Under the pieces are notes generated by a model. That model was given only the letters and a program-made list of their open reading frames with translations. It searched no databases and had not been told where the DNA came from. Of a DNA stretch of 64,000 bases, positions 36,701 through 46,983 are shown one piece after another (the stretch's first letter is position 1; each line of letters opens with the position of its first letter). The DNA is from a phage. The position numbers and the translations under genes are program-made. The stretch is taken from the sequence record OZ335959.1; one strand, given 5' to 3'.

Positions 36701-36841
36701 TTACCATACTAGTGAATGTAGTGCCATAATAACATCAGAAATGAAAAGCACGACTTGAATTAATCCGAACATTACTCCATAATATAGTGCTACCAATAAA
36801 GTAGCAAGGGCTAATGAATAGCCCAAGATTTTCTTAATCAT
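36701..36841 (-). CDS. small membrane protein (46 aa)
   Basis: Hand-translated: MIKKILGYSLALATLLVALYYGVMFGLIQVVLFISDVIMALHSLVW; below track cut-off. Confidence 0.4.
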   Translation of the reverse strand: MIKKILGYSLALATLLVALYYGVMFGLIQVVLFISDVIMALHSLVW

Positions 36842-36992
36842 TAGTAGATAACAACACAAATGTTAAATATGCACACATACCCTGGGCTAAAGCTTGTGAA
36901 AACACACTGCTAGCATCGATACAGATAGTTAAAACACATGCTACTATCCAACAAATAAATGAAATAACTCCTAATAATTTTGCGATATTCAT
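36834..36992 (-). CDS. small membrane protein (52 aa)
   Basis: Hand-translated: MNIAKLLGVISFICWIVACVLTICIDASSVFSQALAQGMCAYLTFVLLSTND. Confidence 0.4.
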   Translation of the reverse strand: MNIAKLLGVISFICWIVACVLTICIDASSVFSQALAQGMCAYLTFVLLSTND

Positions 36993-36999
36993 ATTTTCC

Positions 37000-37080
37000 T
37001 CACTGGCGTCCGAAGACGCCTTTGGTTTTAAGATTGTTACGATAGAACTGCATCACATGTTCGTTATGGAAATTACTCAT
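37000..37080 (-). CDS. stp: Stp peptide (26 aa), activator of host PrrC anticodon nuclease
   Basis: Hand-translated [26 protein letters not shown], matching T4 Stp as I recall it. Confidence 0.8.
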
Positions 37081-37246
37081 ACACACCACACATTTTGCAT
37101 AAACGTTCAAAACAGATAAATCCGCCACCTACACACATCACGACAGCCACATTATCATTAAGAGGTAGACCTAAAGCCATAAAGATTCCGGTCACTGTGA
37201 ATAAGGCTAAAACTAATAGGTAACCCATTACAAATAGAGCTTTCAT
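37073..37246 (-). CDS. small membrane protein (57 aa)
   Basis: Hand-translated [57 protein letters not shown]; start overlaps ndd stop, stop overlaps stp start. Confidence 0.4.
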
Positions 37247-37701
37247 TAGTATGCCTGTAAAACAAATTTAAAGTTATCAGCCAACATACGATTCATTTCT
37301 TCAAGTGTTTGATACTCAGAATGATGATTACGAGTAAACGCTAAAGCTAACTGACCTTTTCCAAATCCTGTCGTCAAAGGTTTCATCTTAGAAGCAGGAA
37401 GATAAAATACTGTATATGGAACATTATTATTTGCAATAGTACGCGCAAGCTGAGACCGACGCTGACGAATATGACTTAGAACTGCACTGAATCCTTGCTT
37501 AGAACGCTGATTACCTACATAAAATCGTGCAGATACACACGGACTATCAAATGGACCACCAAATTTACTCACTAAAAAGTAAAATCCAGGTGTAGATAAA
37601 ATGTCTTTATGTGGAGTTCCAAAAACCCATTCACCGCCCTTGATTGTACCAATAACAGTAGCACCTGCATTATTCAAATCAGTAACAGTCATGTATTTCA
37701 T
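37246..37701 (-). CDS. ndd: Ndd nucleoid disruption protein
   Basis: 151-aa ORF, same length and position as T4 ndd. Confidence 0.75.
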   Translation of the reverse strand: MKYMTVTDLNNAGATVIGTIKGGEWVFGTPHKDILSTPGFYFLVSKFGGPFDSPCVSARFYVGNQRSKQGFSAVLSHIRQRRSQLARTIANNNVPYTVFYLPASKMKPLTTGFGKGQLALAFTRNHHSEYQTLEEMNRMLADNFKFVLQAY

Positions 37702-37760
37702 ATTAATTTCCTCTAATTATTTTCTACTCCAAGGCCGCATGAATACACACGGCCGATAAA

Positions 37761-37976
37761 TTAATCGTCGCAGTCGACGCTCAATTCCCAGAACTCTTCT
37801 ACAGTATAAGTTTCAGTATCGTTTTCAATACAGAAACGTTCATTACTGTTATTTGCTAAAGTAGCATTAACTGTCATTTTCTCGCTAGTGCTCTTAAGAG
37901 GTGAAATACGAATTAACTGATCACCACTATCCAAGCAAAAAATTTCGCCAACTTTTACATCTTTAAAAATTTTCAT
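37761..37976 (-). CDS. hypothetical protein (71 aa)
   Basis: ORF. Confidence 0.45.
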   Translation of the reverse strand: MKIFKDVKVGEIFCLDSGDQLIRISPLKSTSEKMTVNATLANNSNERFCIENDTETYTVEEFWELSVDCDD

Positions 37977-38091
37977 AATTCACCTCAGGGAGTATAAAAT
38001 CCAAATGCAGTTGTTGACCATCCCATCCAATACGGAAAATTTGCACCAACGTAAAACATGAGAATATAAAACCAACCACTCAGCAAATTCA

Positions 38092-38310
38092 TCATTTTAC
38101 ACCATTCCAAATTGTTTCAACCACAGATTTTAAGCCATTTTGATGAATGTCCATTCCGACAACTGCCATCAAATAAATTCCAACTACAACTGAACCTAAG
38201 GCAAAAATCAGCATGAAAATGAATAAAGCTGGAAAAATATTATCGAAAAACCATTCAATAAATGTAAAAGCACTGCGTTTACGCTTCATATTTTCCTCAC
38301 ATAAATCCAA
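38092..38310 (-). CDS. small membrane protein (72 aa)
   Basis: ORF with two hydrophobic segments. Confidence 0.45.
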   Translation of the reverse strand: MDLCEENMKRKRSAFTFIEWFFDNIFPALFIFMLIFALGSVVVGIYLMAVVGMDIHQNGLKSVVETIWNGVK

Positions 38311-38410
38311 AGTAAGCGTTTAATACATCAATCATTAAAACGATTGGGAATATACTCAAAACTACTAGTATTATAACTACATTCCATATAGCTTTAACAA
38401 TCTTTTTCAT
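38297..38410 (-). CDS. small membrane protein (37 aa from MKKIVKAIW; track ORF runs further upstream through the promoter)
   Basis: Internal ATG at 38408-38410 lies just downstream of promoter module 38435-38470. Confidence 0.35.
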   Translation of the reverse strand: MKKIVKAIWNVVIILVVLSIFPIVLMIDVLNAYFGFM

Positions 38411-38434
38411 TTTCTGTTCCTCCGTAGTTGATAG

Positions 38435-38470
38435 GGTAATAATACCACAGAGGAACAGTCTTGTAAACAA
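38435..38470 (-). promoter_or_regulatory. early promoter module (-35 GTTTAC 38463-38468)
   Basis: Conserved module. Confidence 0.45.
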
Positions 38471-38653
38471 CTTTTTTAAAAATATTCGTAATAAATGTGA
38501 ATACCAATCACCACTGCCGAAACTTGCGCAACCCACCACGCACAAGCAATAAGCACAGAATTCAAAATTTTCATAATAACCTCATTACAAAAGTAAATGT
38601 TAAACAAATTAATGGAATACTAATTAACCAAACAAAACACCACCACAATGAAC

Positions 38654-38917
38654 TCATAGTTCAATCTCAGCGATTTTCATTTCATTACTATTAATAGCCG
38701 CTTTAAGACTATCTGAAAGAATTACATTCCAGTGGTCATTCATATGACCATTAACTAAGCGTGTAATTTCTTCGGGAGTTGAAAAATAAGGCGTATCAGA
38801 CTCCCAATGCGATAATCCCAAGCGAGTATAAATCATACCTTCATCATCGCTAGAATATTCAACTGACACAAACTCATCAGTTATTTTATGTTTAGCGTAA
38901 TAAAATTTAAATTTCAT
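38654..38917 (-). CDS. hypothetical protein (87 aa)
   Basis: ORF downstream of promoter module 38940-38976. Confidence 0.5.
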   Translation of the reverse strand: MKFKFYYAKHKITDEFVSVEYSSDDEGMIYTRLGLSHWESDTPYFSTPEEITRLVNGHMNDHWNVILSDSLKAAINSNEMKIAEIEL

Positions 38918-38939
38918 TTTTACTCCTCCGTAGCTGATA

Positions 38940-38976
38940 GTTGTATAGTACCACAGTCCTTGTGGTATGTAAACCG
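38940..38976 (-). promoter_or_regulatory. early promoter module (-35 GTTTAC 38969-38974)
   Basis: Near-identical to modules at 18455 and 35130. Confidence 0.5.
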
Positions 38977-38990
38977 TTTTGTGAAAATTT

Positions 38991-39548
38991 TTAAATGGAA
39001 AGATACCATCCGTTGTAGTTGCTTTTTCTTACAACCTTACGAAGGTCTTCTCTATCACCAATGAACTTCGGAGTGTACTGGATGACACCTGGATGAATTT
39101 CTTTAGTGTTGAATATAATTATACAGTCAGCGACCTGATGATTCAGAATGGGCCCTAGATTTATTCCAGAACCATATGGATACTCTCCGCTGCATCCTGT
39201 TGTTACAGAAATCCAACGTGAGTCAGTTTGATGTGTCTTAACTTCTACACGAAGCCCGCAGTATCTTGGATGCGCCAATACATCCCATGCATATGTATAC
39301 GGGTCATTAACATCTTCTTGGCCTTTGTTAACATACCCGCTTAGCCAATCTGCTACAAAAAACTCTGCGTACACCGCGATACGGCATCTTTCGATAACTT
39401 CTGCTTTATCCTGATTTGGATTTTGTTTTAAAGAGTATCTTGCTGTATCAGCAATTTTGACCTTCATTTCACTAGTCAAGTCACTGTTCGATAGGGTAAA
39501 TGTCGGAATCTGAAATAGTCTCTGTAAACCCGGATTCGTTTTCTGCAT
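38991..39548 (-). CDS. denB: endonuclease IV
   Basis: 185-aa ORF, same length and position (below rIIB) as T4 denB. Confidence 0.7.
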   Translation of the reverse strand: MQKTNPGLQRLFQIPTFTLSNSDLTSEMKVKIADTARYSLKQNPNQDKAEVIERCRIAVYAEFFVADWLSGYVNKGQEDVNDPYTYAWDVLAHPRYCGLRVEVKTHQTDSRWISVTTGCSGEYPYGSGINLGPILNHQVADCIIIFNTKEIHPGVIQYTPKFIGDREDLRKVVRKSNYNGWYLSI

Positions 39549-39810
39549 TTAGACTTTCCTTTTTACCGCTGAGATAAGCGTTATATACTTTAAGAGTGCC
39601 GTAATAAATTCGGTCATTTTCATCTAAAGACTCATGGTCAAGTTCATCGAGTTCCTTTTTATCCATGACTATAATATCATTGCAGTAAAGAAACCCAAGT
39701 TTTTCGTGACCAAACTCAAATTTATTGCAGTACACAATATTAGCATGATGATTTCCGTGCAGTTTAATCTCTTTTATGTCGGAATCACCGATATTCATAC
39801 AATAAATCAT
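39481..39810 (-). CDS. hypothetical acidic protein (109 aa)
   Basis: ORF. Confidence 0.5.
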   Translation of the reverse strand: MIYCMNIGDSDIKEIKLHGNHHANIVYCNKFEFGHEKLGFLYCNDIIVMDKKELDELDHESLDENDRIYYGTLKVYNAYLSGKKESLNAENESGFTETISDSDIYPIEQ

Positions 39811-39825
39811 AATTTTTCCTTAAAA

Positions 39826-39850
39826 CAAAAGGGCCGAAGCCCCTTATTTT
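39826..39850 (-). terminator. GC hairpin (GGGCCGAAGCCCC) flanked by U-runs; terminator or RNA-stability element
   Basis: Stem-loop with GNRA-type loop; a similar hairpin at 40060-40075 follows the rIIB stop. Confidence 0.4.
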
Positions 39851-40043
39851 ATTTGAATTGTGCAATTCTTTTTTCTAAACAATCTGCGTAAGATTTCATT
39901 GAGATGAACTGTGAAAGCAGTAATTCTTGCTCAACTTCATTAATCGTTAGAAACTTTGTGCTTTCTAAAAATTTGCTCAGTGCATTAATTTTGAGCATTA
40001 ATTGATCGTATTCTTCTTTTACTCGTGCTTGATAACCTAACAT
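39849..40043 (-). CDS. hypothetical protein (64 aa)
   Basis: ORF bracketed by two GC hairpins. Confidence 0.45.
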   Translation of the reverse strand: MLGYQARVKEEYDQLMLKINALSKFLESTKFLTINEVEQELLLSQFISMKSYADCLEKRIAQFK

Positions 40044-40071
40044 AATTTTCCTTAGTTAAGGGCCGAAGCCC

Positions 40072-41010
40072 TTATTTAAATTGTTCAGTAACGTCTTCAA
40101 CTACTTCGTATTGGCAGGTACGCATTTTAGCATCATTGTAATCAATCGGAATTGATACTACATCGCGAGGATGTACTTTAACTTTTACAACTCGACTGGT
40201 TGAACTGCCAAAGTGACGAATATAAGATTTAGAACACACATGCAGACCACGAGAACAAGTTTGTGTATCATCGTCATTCACACGAGTGCGTGGCATTTTA
40301 ACTACTTTACCAGGACTGTTATCAAAAGTATTTGAATGGCAGTCAAAGTAATTACTGCGAACTACTTTCCAAGCATAGAAGTAACCATCTTCTGTGATTT
40401 CAATATCGTTTGCTACCAAGAAATCAAAGAGTCGAGATACCGCTTTTTGGCTCGGGTTTTCCAACAGATTTTCCAAGAACGGAAAATAAAATTCAAAGTT
40501 TTCGCCTTTTTCCATCGAATCGAGAATACGATCAACTAAACCAGATCGCAATTCAATATTTTGATAGAACAAGCTTCCACCTTCAATTCGAACATCACCG
40601 GAAATATATTTTTCAACAGCGCGACGAACATTAATTTTTTGTGCCGCTTCTTCCAATTTATCTGCAACAAGCAGATTAAGAATTTCCTGGAAGTTTGAAT
40701 GAGTATTAGGAGTTGCGTTATAAGTTACACCGTCAACAGTAATTGAAATGAATTTTTTAGATGCATTCCAAATAATGTCAGATTTAGCAACTGGAGCGAT
40801 AGCTGTATCGCTATTAACTTTAACTGTAATATCACCACTAATAGTAACTTTAGAGCGCTCAGCTTCTTCAGCATTTTTCAAAACACGACGGATTGTGTCC
40901 ACCGATACACCTTGCCAATCAGCCAATTCCTGTTGGGTGTAATTACCACTTGAATACAGTTTGACAATTTCAGATTGTTCGTTTTTGGTCAGGCATTTAA
41001 TATTGTACAT
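40072..41010 (-). CDS. rIIB: rIIB lysis-inhibition/membrane integrity protein
   Basis: 312-aa ORF (same length as T4 rIIB), directly downstream of rIIA. Confidence 0.9.
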   Translation of the reverse strand: MYNIKCLTKNEQSEIVKLYSSGNYTQQELADWQGVSVDTIRRVLKNAEEAERSKVTISGDITVKVNSDTAIAPVAKSDIIWNASKKFISITVDGVTYNATPNTHSNFQEILNLLVADKLEEAAQKINVRRAVEKYISGDVRIEGGSLFYQNIELRSGLVDRILDSMEKGENFEFYFPFLENLLENPSQKAVSRLFDFLVANDIEITEDGYFYAWKVVRSNYFDCHSNTFDNSPGKVVKMPRTRVNDDDTQTCSRGLHVCSKSYIRHFGSSTSRVVKVKVHPRDVVSIPIDYNDAKMRTCQYEVVEDVTEQFK

Positions 41011-41021
41011 AATTTTCCTTA

Positions 41022-43199
41022 TTAGGCCGCAAGGGCCTTCATAGTTTTAGCGATTTGGGAAACTTCATCATCACTTAAAGAGTTACGATAACCGATGAAG
41101 TCGGAAACGATACGGAATTTCTTGGTAAACTCAGCAACCATTTTATCACTATTTTTTGAAGCATTATTTGATAGTACATCAAAAAGATTAGTTACTGTCC
41201 AGATGTCATGACCGATGGTACCTTTTCCACCGTTGAAATATATACCCTGCAATGAACTAACCATATTACCAAGGCGAGTATATTCTTCAGAAACTTCATC
41301 TACACTGAAGTACTTCATCATAAAATCGAGTTCAGGATACTTAATAATTTTATCAATATATCGTTTAGCTGAACTTGAATAACCTACATACTTATCATAA
41401 TCTACAGCATCAAAAGCATCTACATATAAATCACGCAGAGTTTCAAAAATACATTGGCACTGACCAAGTTCTTTTACCTTTTTCTGCAAAAGCGGACGAA
41501 TAACATAAAATTCATTAATGCCAATAAGATTAGCCATACGAGTCAAAATACTCGTAGATGGATTACAAAGCGATGTAGTGCCATCCATAGAGAAAATATC
41601 AGAACGATGCATGTATGCTACGTAACCAGTAATTTCATCTGCTTCTGATGTGAGCGTAAACAGTTCCTCTTTTTCCCAGCGCCCGTCTTTAATTTCAAAC
41701 TTAAATGCAGTAGCAGCTTTAGGACGAGGAGCTTTACTTTTAACTGCCTTCGGAATATAACTTTTAACTAAAGCTTCAATTTCTGACAAATAATGAATGT
41801 TAACTTCATCACTTTCAAACATTGCCATAATATCAGGAAGTAAATCAATCTGCGATTCTACTTCCGGATTAATAAACAGAAGACGCTCATTATGATGAAT
41901 ATTTAAGGCGTTATTAAATTCACTATCATCTAATGCATGTGCTAATCCACGGACAATATTAACACGATTTTTAATATTATCAATAACGATATTGATTTTT
42001 GTTGTATTAATACCAAACAGACGATAACTTGATGCAACGGCTGAAGTTTCATGACTTTGCTTAATGCGTTTCAGTCGAGGGTCAAGATTTACTTCATACA
42101 CAACTCCTGCATTGCATAGTTTACTATCAGGTTCAAACATGCTTTGCATCTTCTTATATGACAGATTTTTAGTCGTAAATTTGACTGAATTACTAATCAT
42201 ATAATCTCGAGCAGAATATCCCATCTTCATCAATTCACGGTATGTATGACGAGGAGATGTAGATTCTTTAAATCGTTTTACATCTTCATTGAATGCCTTC
42301 TCACTAAGCTCTTTAACACGCTCAATAATATTTTTACGAGTACGATCATCTAATGAAAGAGCTTCGCGTGATGGAGCAATATCAAGTGAACCCATTGGAA
42401 ACTTAATGTAATTCACTTCATTGCGGATGCTTAACCAGTTACGGTCTCTAATAACACCATCGATAGGATAAACAATACCACCATAGATAGCATATAATCC
42501 ACCACGATCTGGCCAGTATCTTTCTGGATTTACGCCGTAATAATCATCAAAATCCGGAAAATAATCAATTTCGCGGTCAAGACCATTAATGATAGCTAAA
42601 TCTTTGAATGGTCGCATGATATAAGAAACTTCATAAGCAAAGTTTCTAAAGTCTTTTTCTTCAACTGGAACTACAATTTCAATACCAGTTTTATCATCTG
42701 GATCCATTTCTTTTACGAATGTAGGTTTAATTTGCGGACCATCGCCATCCATGTAAGCTACATAACCACGAATTTCACCTTTATGATACGAAGTAATACT
42801 AAATGTATCAGTATAACTAAACGGAGATTTAGAACCTAAACCAAATCCACCAATGAAATCGTTAGATTCAGCCTTAGATGAACTAAAGTATGAATTATAC
42901 AACCCAGGAGAATTATCATCACCCTGAATATCAAAATCGCTCATACCCGGACCAAAATCTCGACAAACAAATCGCGGATCTAATCGTCCTGGAACTTGAA
43001 TGATAAATTTTTCAGGATTTCCATTGAGAGCATGGGCATCAATCATGTTGGTAATCAATTCACGGACTACTGCGCGAATCTTGTTTGTATACAAATCAGA
43101 TGACAGAATTTTAAATACTTTAGGAGATGCTGTGATGCTAAATGCTTTTGACTTAGAACCATTACCAAGAATTGTTTCTTTTTCAGTGGTGATAATCAT
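41022..43199 (-). CDS. rIIA: rIIA
   Basis: 725-aa ORF (same length as T4 rIIA) with GHKL-type ATPase-like N-terminal region. Confidence 0.92.
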   Translation of the reverse strand: MIITTEKETILGNGSKSKAFSITASPKVFKILSSDLYTNKIRAVVRELITNMIDAHALNGNPEKFIIQVPGRLDPRFVCRDFGPGMSDFDIQGDDNSPGLYNSYFSSSKAESNDFIGGFGLGSKSPFSYTDTFSITSYHKGEIRGYVAYMDGDGPQIKPTFVKEMDPDDKTGIEIVVPVEEKDFRNFAYEVSYIMRPFKDLAIINGLDREIDYFPDFDDYYGVNPERYWPDRGGLYAIYGGIVYPIDGVIRDRNWLSIRNEVNYIKFPMGSLDIAPSREALSLDDRTRKNIIERVKELSEKAFNEDVKRFKESTSPRHTYRELMKMGYSARDYMISNSVKFTTKNLSYKKMQSMFEPDSKLCNAGVVYEVNLDPRLKRIKQSHETSAVASSYRLFGINTTKINIVIDNIKNRVNIVRGLAHALDDSEFNNALNIHHNERLLFINPEVESQIDLLPDIMAMFESDEVNIHYLSEIEALVKSYIPKAVKSKAPRPKAATAFKFEIKDGRWEKEELFTLTSEADEITGYVAYMHRSDIFSMDGTTSLCNPSTSILTRMANLIGINEFYVIRPLLQKKVKELGQCQCIFETLRDLYVDAFDAVDYDKYVGYSSSAKRYIDKIIKYPELDFMMKYFSVDEVSEEYTRLGNMVSSLQGIYFNGGKGTIGHDIWTVTNLFDVLSNNASKNSDKMVAEFTKKFRIVSDFIGYRNSLSDDEVSQIAKTMKALAA

Positions 43200-43209
43200 A
43201 ATTTCCTCA

Positions 43210-43413
43210 TTAATTCATATTGCGTTTAATAACTTCAGCAACTTCTAGTAGTTCATCTTTAGTTGCGGTGTCGGATTGAATTTTATCTCTAATATCCTTA
43301 AAGCGGTTTTTAAACTCTTCGGCTTCTCCCATATCGAAAAAGCGTTGAATGATTCTATATTCTCGATGAACTGCTTTATCAAAAAGTTCTAAATTTACTT
43401 TATATGATTTCAT
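43210..43413 (-). CDS. hypothetical protein (67 aa; rIIA.1 position)
   Basis: ORF between gene 39 and rIIA. Confidence 0.55.
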   Translation of the reverse strand: MKSYKVNLELFDKAVHREYRIIQRFFDMGEAEEFKNRFKDIRDKIQSDTATKDELLEVAEVIKRNMN

Positions 43414-43434
43414 TTCAATATCCTCATTTGCCCA

Positions 43435-43470
43435 ATTAATTATACCACATCCTTGTGGTAAAGTAAACTA
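43435..43470 (-). promoter_or_regulatory. early promoter module (-35 GTTTAC 43463-43468)
   Basis: Conserved module overlapping 3' end of gene 39. Confidence 0.45.
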
Positions 43471-45288
43471 TTGGCTCATCCATTCTTTACGAAGGTCAGC
43501 ATTATCTCCCATGAGCATTTCAAAAAGCTCTTTCCAGTTCTCAGGAAGTTTAACAACATCATATACTGGGTTTTGAATCATCTCACGATATTCAGATTTT
43601 TCCAAAGAGCCAAGTCCCTTAATATAACGGATGCTATGTTTAGGTAGAGCATCTTTGGCACTCTCATATTCAGCGACTGTATAAAACCATTCTTGTTTTT
43701 TACCGACCTGAGCGATGATTACAGGAGTTTTGACGAAGCGAATTCTTCCTTGTTCAAACAGTTCTGGCCAATTGCTAAAAAATCCGAGCAGAGAAGGATA
43801 AATGCTTCCTAGACCATCATGGTCAGCATCGGTCATAATAGCAATATTATGATAATTCAAGTTTTCAGCTTTTTCACCAAGAACTAATCCAGTGATTGCG
43901 CAAATATCAAACAGTTCTTTGTTTTTAAGCATATCGGCATAAGACATACCCCAGCTATTAAGAACTTTACCACGCAATGGATAACCACCATGAAGTTCTT
44001 TATCACGAACATCAATAAGATATCCGATAGCAGAATCACCCTCAGTCAAGAAAAGAGTAGTGTCAGCGTCTTTACCGCAAAGATTCGCTTTAATATGTTT
44101 ATGAACCTTAGCTTTAGAAGCCTTTTTAGCTGCTTTAGTTTCAGCTGCTTTTTCTGCAGCCAATTTACGAGCCAAAGCAGCTTCAATAATTGGCATTAAA
44201 ATTGCTTCATTATTTAAAATAGCACGTGAAATCTTTTTAGCATCAAGCTGAATATGACTACGAATTTCACCAAATGGAGAAGTCAAACGCTCTTTAGTCT
44301 GAGAATCAAATCGCATGTTTTTCATATCACGAACAAACATAACGATAGTCAAACATTCTTTAACACGTGCTTTAGTTACATCAATTTTGAACTTGCGTTT
44401 GATTTGTGGAATAAGGTCTTCACAAATATCATCCATAACGCAGTCAATGTGATGGCCACCATTCTTAGTATGAATGTTATTAACGTATGTTAATTGACGA
44501 AAACCATCAGGTGAACGACCAACCGCAATAGAACAATTTTCTTGTTCTTGAACAATAGCATGCTCATCATATTGGCGTGCATATTTCTTAAAATTACCCT
44601 GAACCTTTTTACCATTAAAGGTAAATTGAATATCAGGATAAACTACTGCAAGTGTCTGGAGACGATCCAGTGTAATGTCAAGATAAACTTGAGACAGCTC
44701 ATTAGTTTCAAATGACATAAAATCAGGAATGAAAGTAACACGAGTTCCTTTCCATTTTCCGGGAATATCTTCCCATGATTTATTTTCCATGCCATTTGAA
44801 CAACGAACTACAATATTATTTTGACCGTCGCCAGTTTCACCGACAAACATCACAGAAAAAATGTTAGTTAAACTAGAACCAACACCGTTCATACCGCCAG
44901 TGACGCGTTCTTTATCATCGCCGAAGTTACCACCTGCTTTTGGAATAGTCCAAGCAGCAACAGGACCAGGAATTTCTTCACCAGTAGGTGTTTTAACCAT
45001 CGCTTGTGGAATACCGCGACCGTTATCTTCAACTGTTACCTGATTATTTTTAATGGTAACATTAATTTTATTTGCGAATTTAAACTTAGTACGAATACCT
45101 TCATCTACTGAGTTATCGATAATTTCATCAATAAGCTTAACAAGACCAGGTACATACTGAACACTTTCCCATTTACCAAACAGAAAGCGCTCATGCATTT
45201 CATTAGCGGAAGAGCCAATGTACATGCCGCTACGCTTTTTGATATGTTCAATATCGCTCAGAATTTTAATTTCATTCTTAATCATCAC
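43468..45288 (-). CDS. 39: DNA topoisomerase II large (ATPase) subunit, single unsplit polypeptide (T4 gp39 + gp60 equivalent)
   Basis: 606-aa continuous ORF with GyrB-like ATPase and TOPRIM regions; no internal stop or bypass gap. Confidence 0.92.
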   Translation of the reverse strand: MMIKNEIKILSDIEHIKKRSGMYIGSSANEMHERFLFGKWESVQYVPGLVKLIDEIIDNSVDEGIRTKFKFANKINVTIKNNQVTVEDNGRGIPQAMVKTPTGEEIPGPVAAWTIPKAGGNFGDDKERVTGGMNGVGSSLTNIFSVMFVGETGDGQNNIVVRCSNGMENKSWEDIPGKWKGTRVTFIPDFMSFETNELSQVYLDITLDRLQTLAVVYPDIQFTFNGKKVQGNFKKYARQYDEHAIVQEQENCSIAVGRSPDGFRQLTYVNNIHTKNGGHHIDCVMDDICEDLIPQIKRKFKIDVTKARVKECLTIVMFVRDMKNMRFDSQTKERLTSPFGEIRSHIQLDAKKISRAILNNEAILMPIIEAALARKLAAEKAAETKAAKKASKAKVHKHIKANLCGKDADTTLFLTEGDSAIGYLIDVRDKELHGGYPLRGKVLNSWGMSYADMLKNKELFDICAITGLVLGEKAENLNYHNIAIMTDADHDGLGSIYPSLLGFFSNWPELFEQGRIRFVKTPVIIAQVGKKQEWFYTVAEYESAKDALPKHSIRYIKGLGSLEKSEYREMIQNPVYDVVKLPENWKELFEMLMGDNADLRKEWMSQ

Positions 45289-45354
45289 TTATCCTCGTTT
45301 GGTTTCGGGAATATTATACTCCGGTAATCATAAAGCTAAAGGCCCGAAGGCCTT

Positions 45355-45627
45355 TTATTTAAAACGGATAGTCGAATCCTTGAAGAATAGACCAGAACAT
45401 ACGGTTCCTTCTACTTTCTGCCCGGTAGGTCCAATAGCACGAAATCCAGTATGTTGGAAATCATTTTCAGAGCAACCGAACCAGTTATATCCAGTGATTT
45501 CAATATTAGTAAAACCACTTGAAGACAAAACTTTGGTTGCATTATCAGCATCAGTACATCCTGCTAAAGACACTGCTAATACTAATGCTGCGATAGAACG
45601 ATTAATATATTTCATAATTTCACTCAA
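45355..45627 (-). CDS. lipoprotein (90 aa)
   Basis: Signal peptide with lipobox LAGC. Confidence 0.55.
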   Translation of the reverse strand: MSEIMKYINRSIAALVLAVSLAGCTDADNATKVLSSSGFTNIEITGYNWFGCSENDFQHTGFRAIGPTGQKVEGTVCSGLFFKDSTIRFK

Positions 45628-45991
45628 ATTTAATGGCTTGAAGAAGACTAATAATTCTCAAGCGACTTCTTTCATCTTTAACCGTAAATGAAAGAGGGTC
45701 ACCAGATTTCATAGTGATAGTGCATTCAAAATCAAAATCTTCGGGAACTTCTTCGAAGAAGTCAAATTCTTCATCATATATTAGAACATTACTCTGAAAA
45801 CTGTGAAGAATTTTTCCATCATTTCCAGATGCTGTACTAATCATTGTAACGTTATTACCTTTCATATCTTCAACGATAAATTCGCTTGTAGATATTACGG
45901 CATTAATAGAACCATTCCTATAAATAGCAGAAAATAGATATTTCTTTTCTTCACCTTCACGAACACGATATTTCTTACCGATTTTAAACAT
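45620..45991 (-). CDS. hypothetical protein (123 aa from ATG; track used GTG at 45997)
   Basis: ORF. Confidence 0.5.
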   Translation of the reverse strand: MFKIGKKYRVREGEEKKYLFSAIYRNGSINAVISTSEFIVEDMKGNNVTMISTASGNDGKILHSFQSNVLIYDEEFDFFEEVPEDFDFECTITMKSGDPLSFTVKDERSRLRIISLLQAIKFE

Positions 45992-45993
45992 AA

Positions 45994-46170
45994 TCACCCT
46001 TTAAGTAAGTCGTAAAATCCACCATTCACATGCTTAGGAGCAGAAGGCCGACGAGTAGACAGACGATGACATTTAGGACAAACATCATTTTCTCGTTCAG
46101 AAATCTTTTTAATTTTTTCATATTCATGCCCGCAATCTTCGGATTGGCATTTATAATCATACATTGGCAT
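45994..46170 (-). CDS. FmdB-like zinc-ribbon protein (58 aa)
   Basis: Hand-translated MPMYDYKCQSEDCGHEYEKIKKISERENDVCPKCHRLSTRRPSAPKHVNGGFYDLLKG; two CxxC pairs; below track cut-off. Confidence 0.45.
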   Translation of the reverse strand: MPMYDYKCQSEDCGHEYEKIKKISERENDVCPKCHRLSTRRPSAPKHVNGGFYDLLKG

Positions 46171-46172
46171 AA

Positions 46173-46592
46173 TTATTCCTTAAAGTGTGCTTTCAACATC
46201 TGATACAAGGACCATGCCTGTTCATTATTTTCAATAGTAACTTTCATGATAGGAAATTCTGTGAAATCTTCTATTTGTTCTTGCTCTTCCTGCTCTTGCT
46301 CTTCAGATGCCTGATATGGATTTTCAACTTCATCAAAGAACCCAGCTTCGTTAGTAGAGAGCCAGATAAAGTTTTCGTCAAGGATATCACCATGTGTTGC
46401 ATATCCAACTGTGCCAGTAGATGTCACAATTTTAGTAGGACGACCAAGATGGTCAACATCTAAAATTTTAAAAGGATGCATACCTAAACGACGTGCATAG
46501 ATTCCGTTATCAGTATGGTCTTTAATAAAATTTTCTTGAGCTTGTTTATTTTTAAATTGATACCATTTATTAACTTCAAATTTAATAGCCAT
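46173..46592 (-). CDS. hypothetical protein (139 aa; position of T4 goF)
   Basis: ORF with acidic EQEQEEQEQ tract. Confidence 0.5.
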   Translation of the reverse strand: MAIKFEVNKWYQFKNKQAQENFIKDHTDNGIYARRLGMHPFKILDVDHLGRPTKIVTSTGTVGYATHGDILDENFIWLSTNEAGFFDEVENPYQASEEQEQEEQEQIEDFTEFPIMKVTIENNEQAWSLYQMLKAHFKE

Positions 46593-46807
46593 TAATAAAT
46601 TTCCTTCCAGTAAGTTGTACCGTCTTCAGTGATTTCACGGAATACACCGTAAATTGGCTGTTTATCACCAACATTTTCATACACATAAACCGAAGTCAAG
46701 TGAGTAAACTTAACGGTATGTTCCTTTTGAACTACTACCAAATCTGGATCGAATAATACATCTTCAAATTCGTCATTAGTGCATTTCTGAACAGTTTTAC
46801 GTTTCAT
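46592..46807 (-). CDS. hypothetical protein (71 aa; position of T4 cef)
   Basis: ORF, 1-nt overlap with downstream gene. Confidence 0.5.
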   Translation of the reverse strand: MKRKTVQKCTNDEFEDVLFDPDLVVVQKEHTVKFTHLTSVYVYENVGDKQPIYGVFREITEDGTTYWKEIY

Positions 46808-46983
46808 TACAATTTCCTCATTAATTGAACATTGGAGCGATGCGTTTCAGAAGAGTGGCAGCACCTTTGGCAAATTTTCCATTTCATTCTCCAAGTTATT
46901 TTCTGTATCAGTAGTTGATATTGATATAGTACCATAATCAACTACTGATGTATATAGTTTTATGAAAAAAAAAAATTTAAACT

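Noticed and set aside
43468-45288. Possibility that the long gene 39 ORF is a fusion artefact or pseudogene
   Set aside because: The reading frame is continuous across the ATPase and TOPRIM regions with a normal start and stop; it is consistent with unsplit T2/T6-type gene 39.
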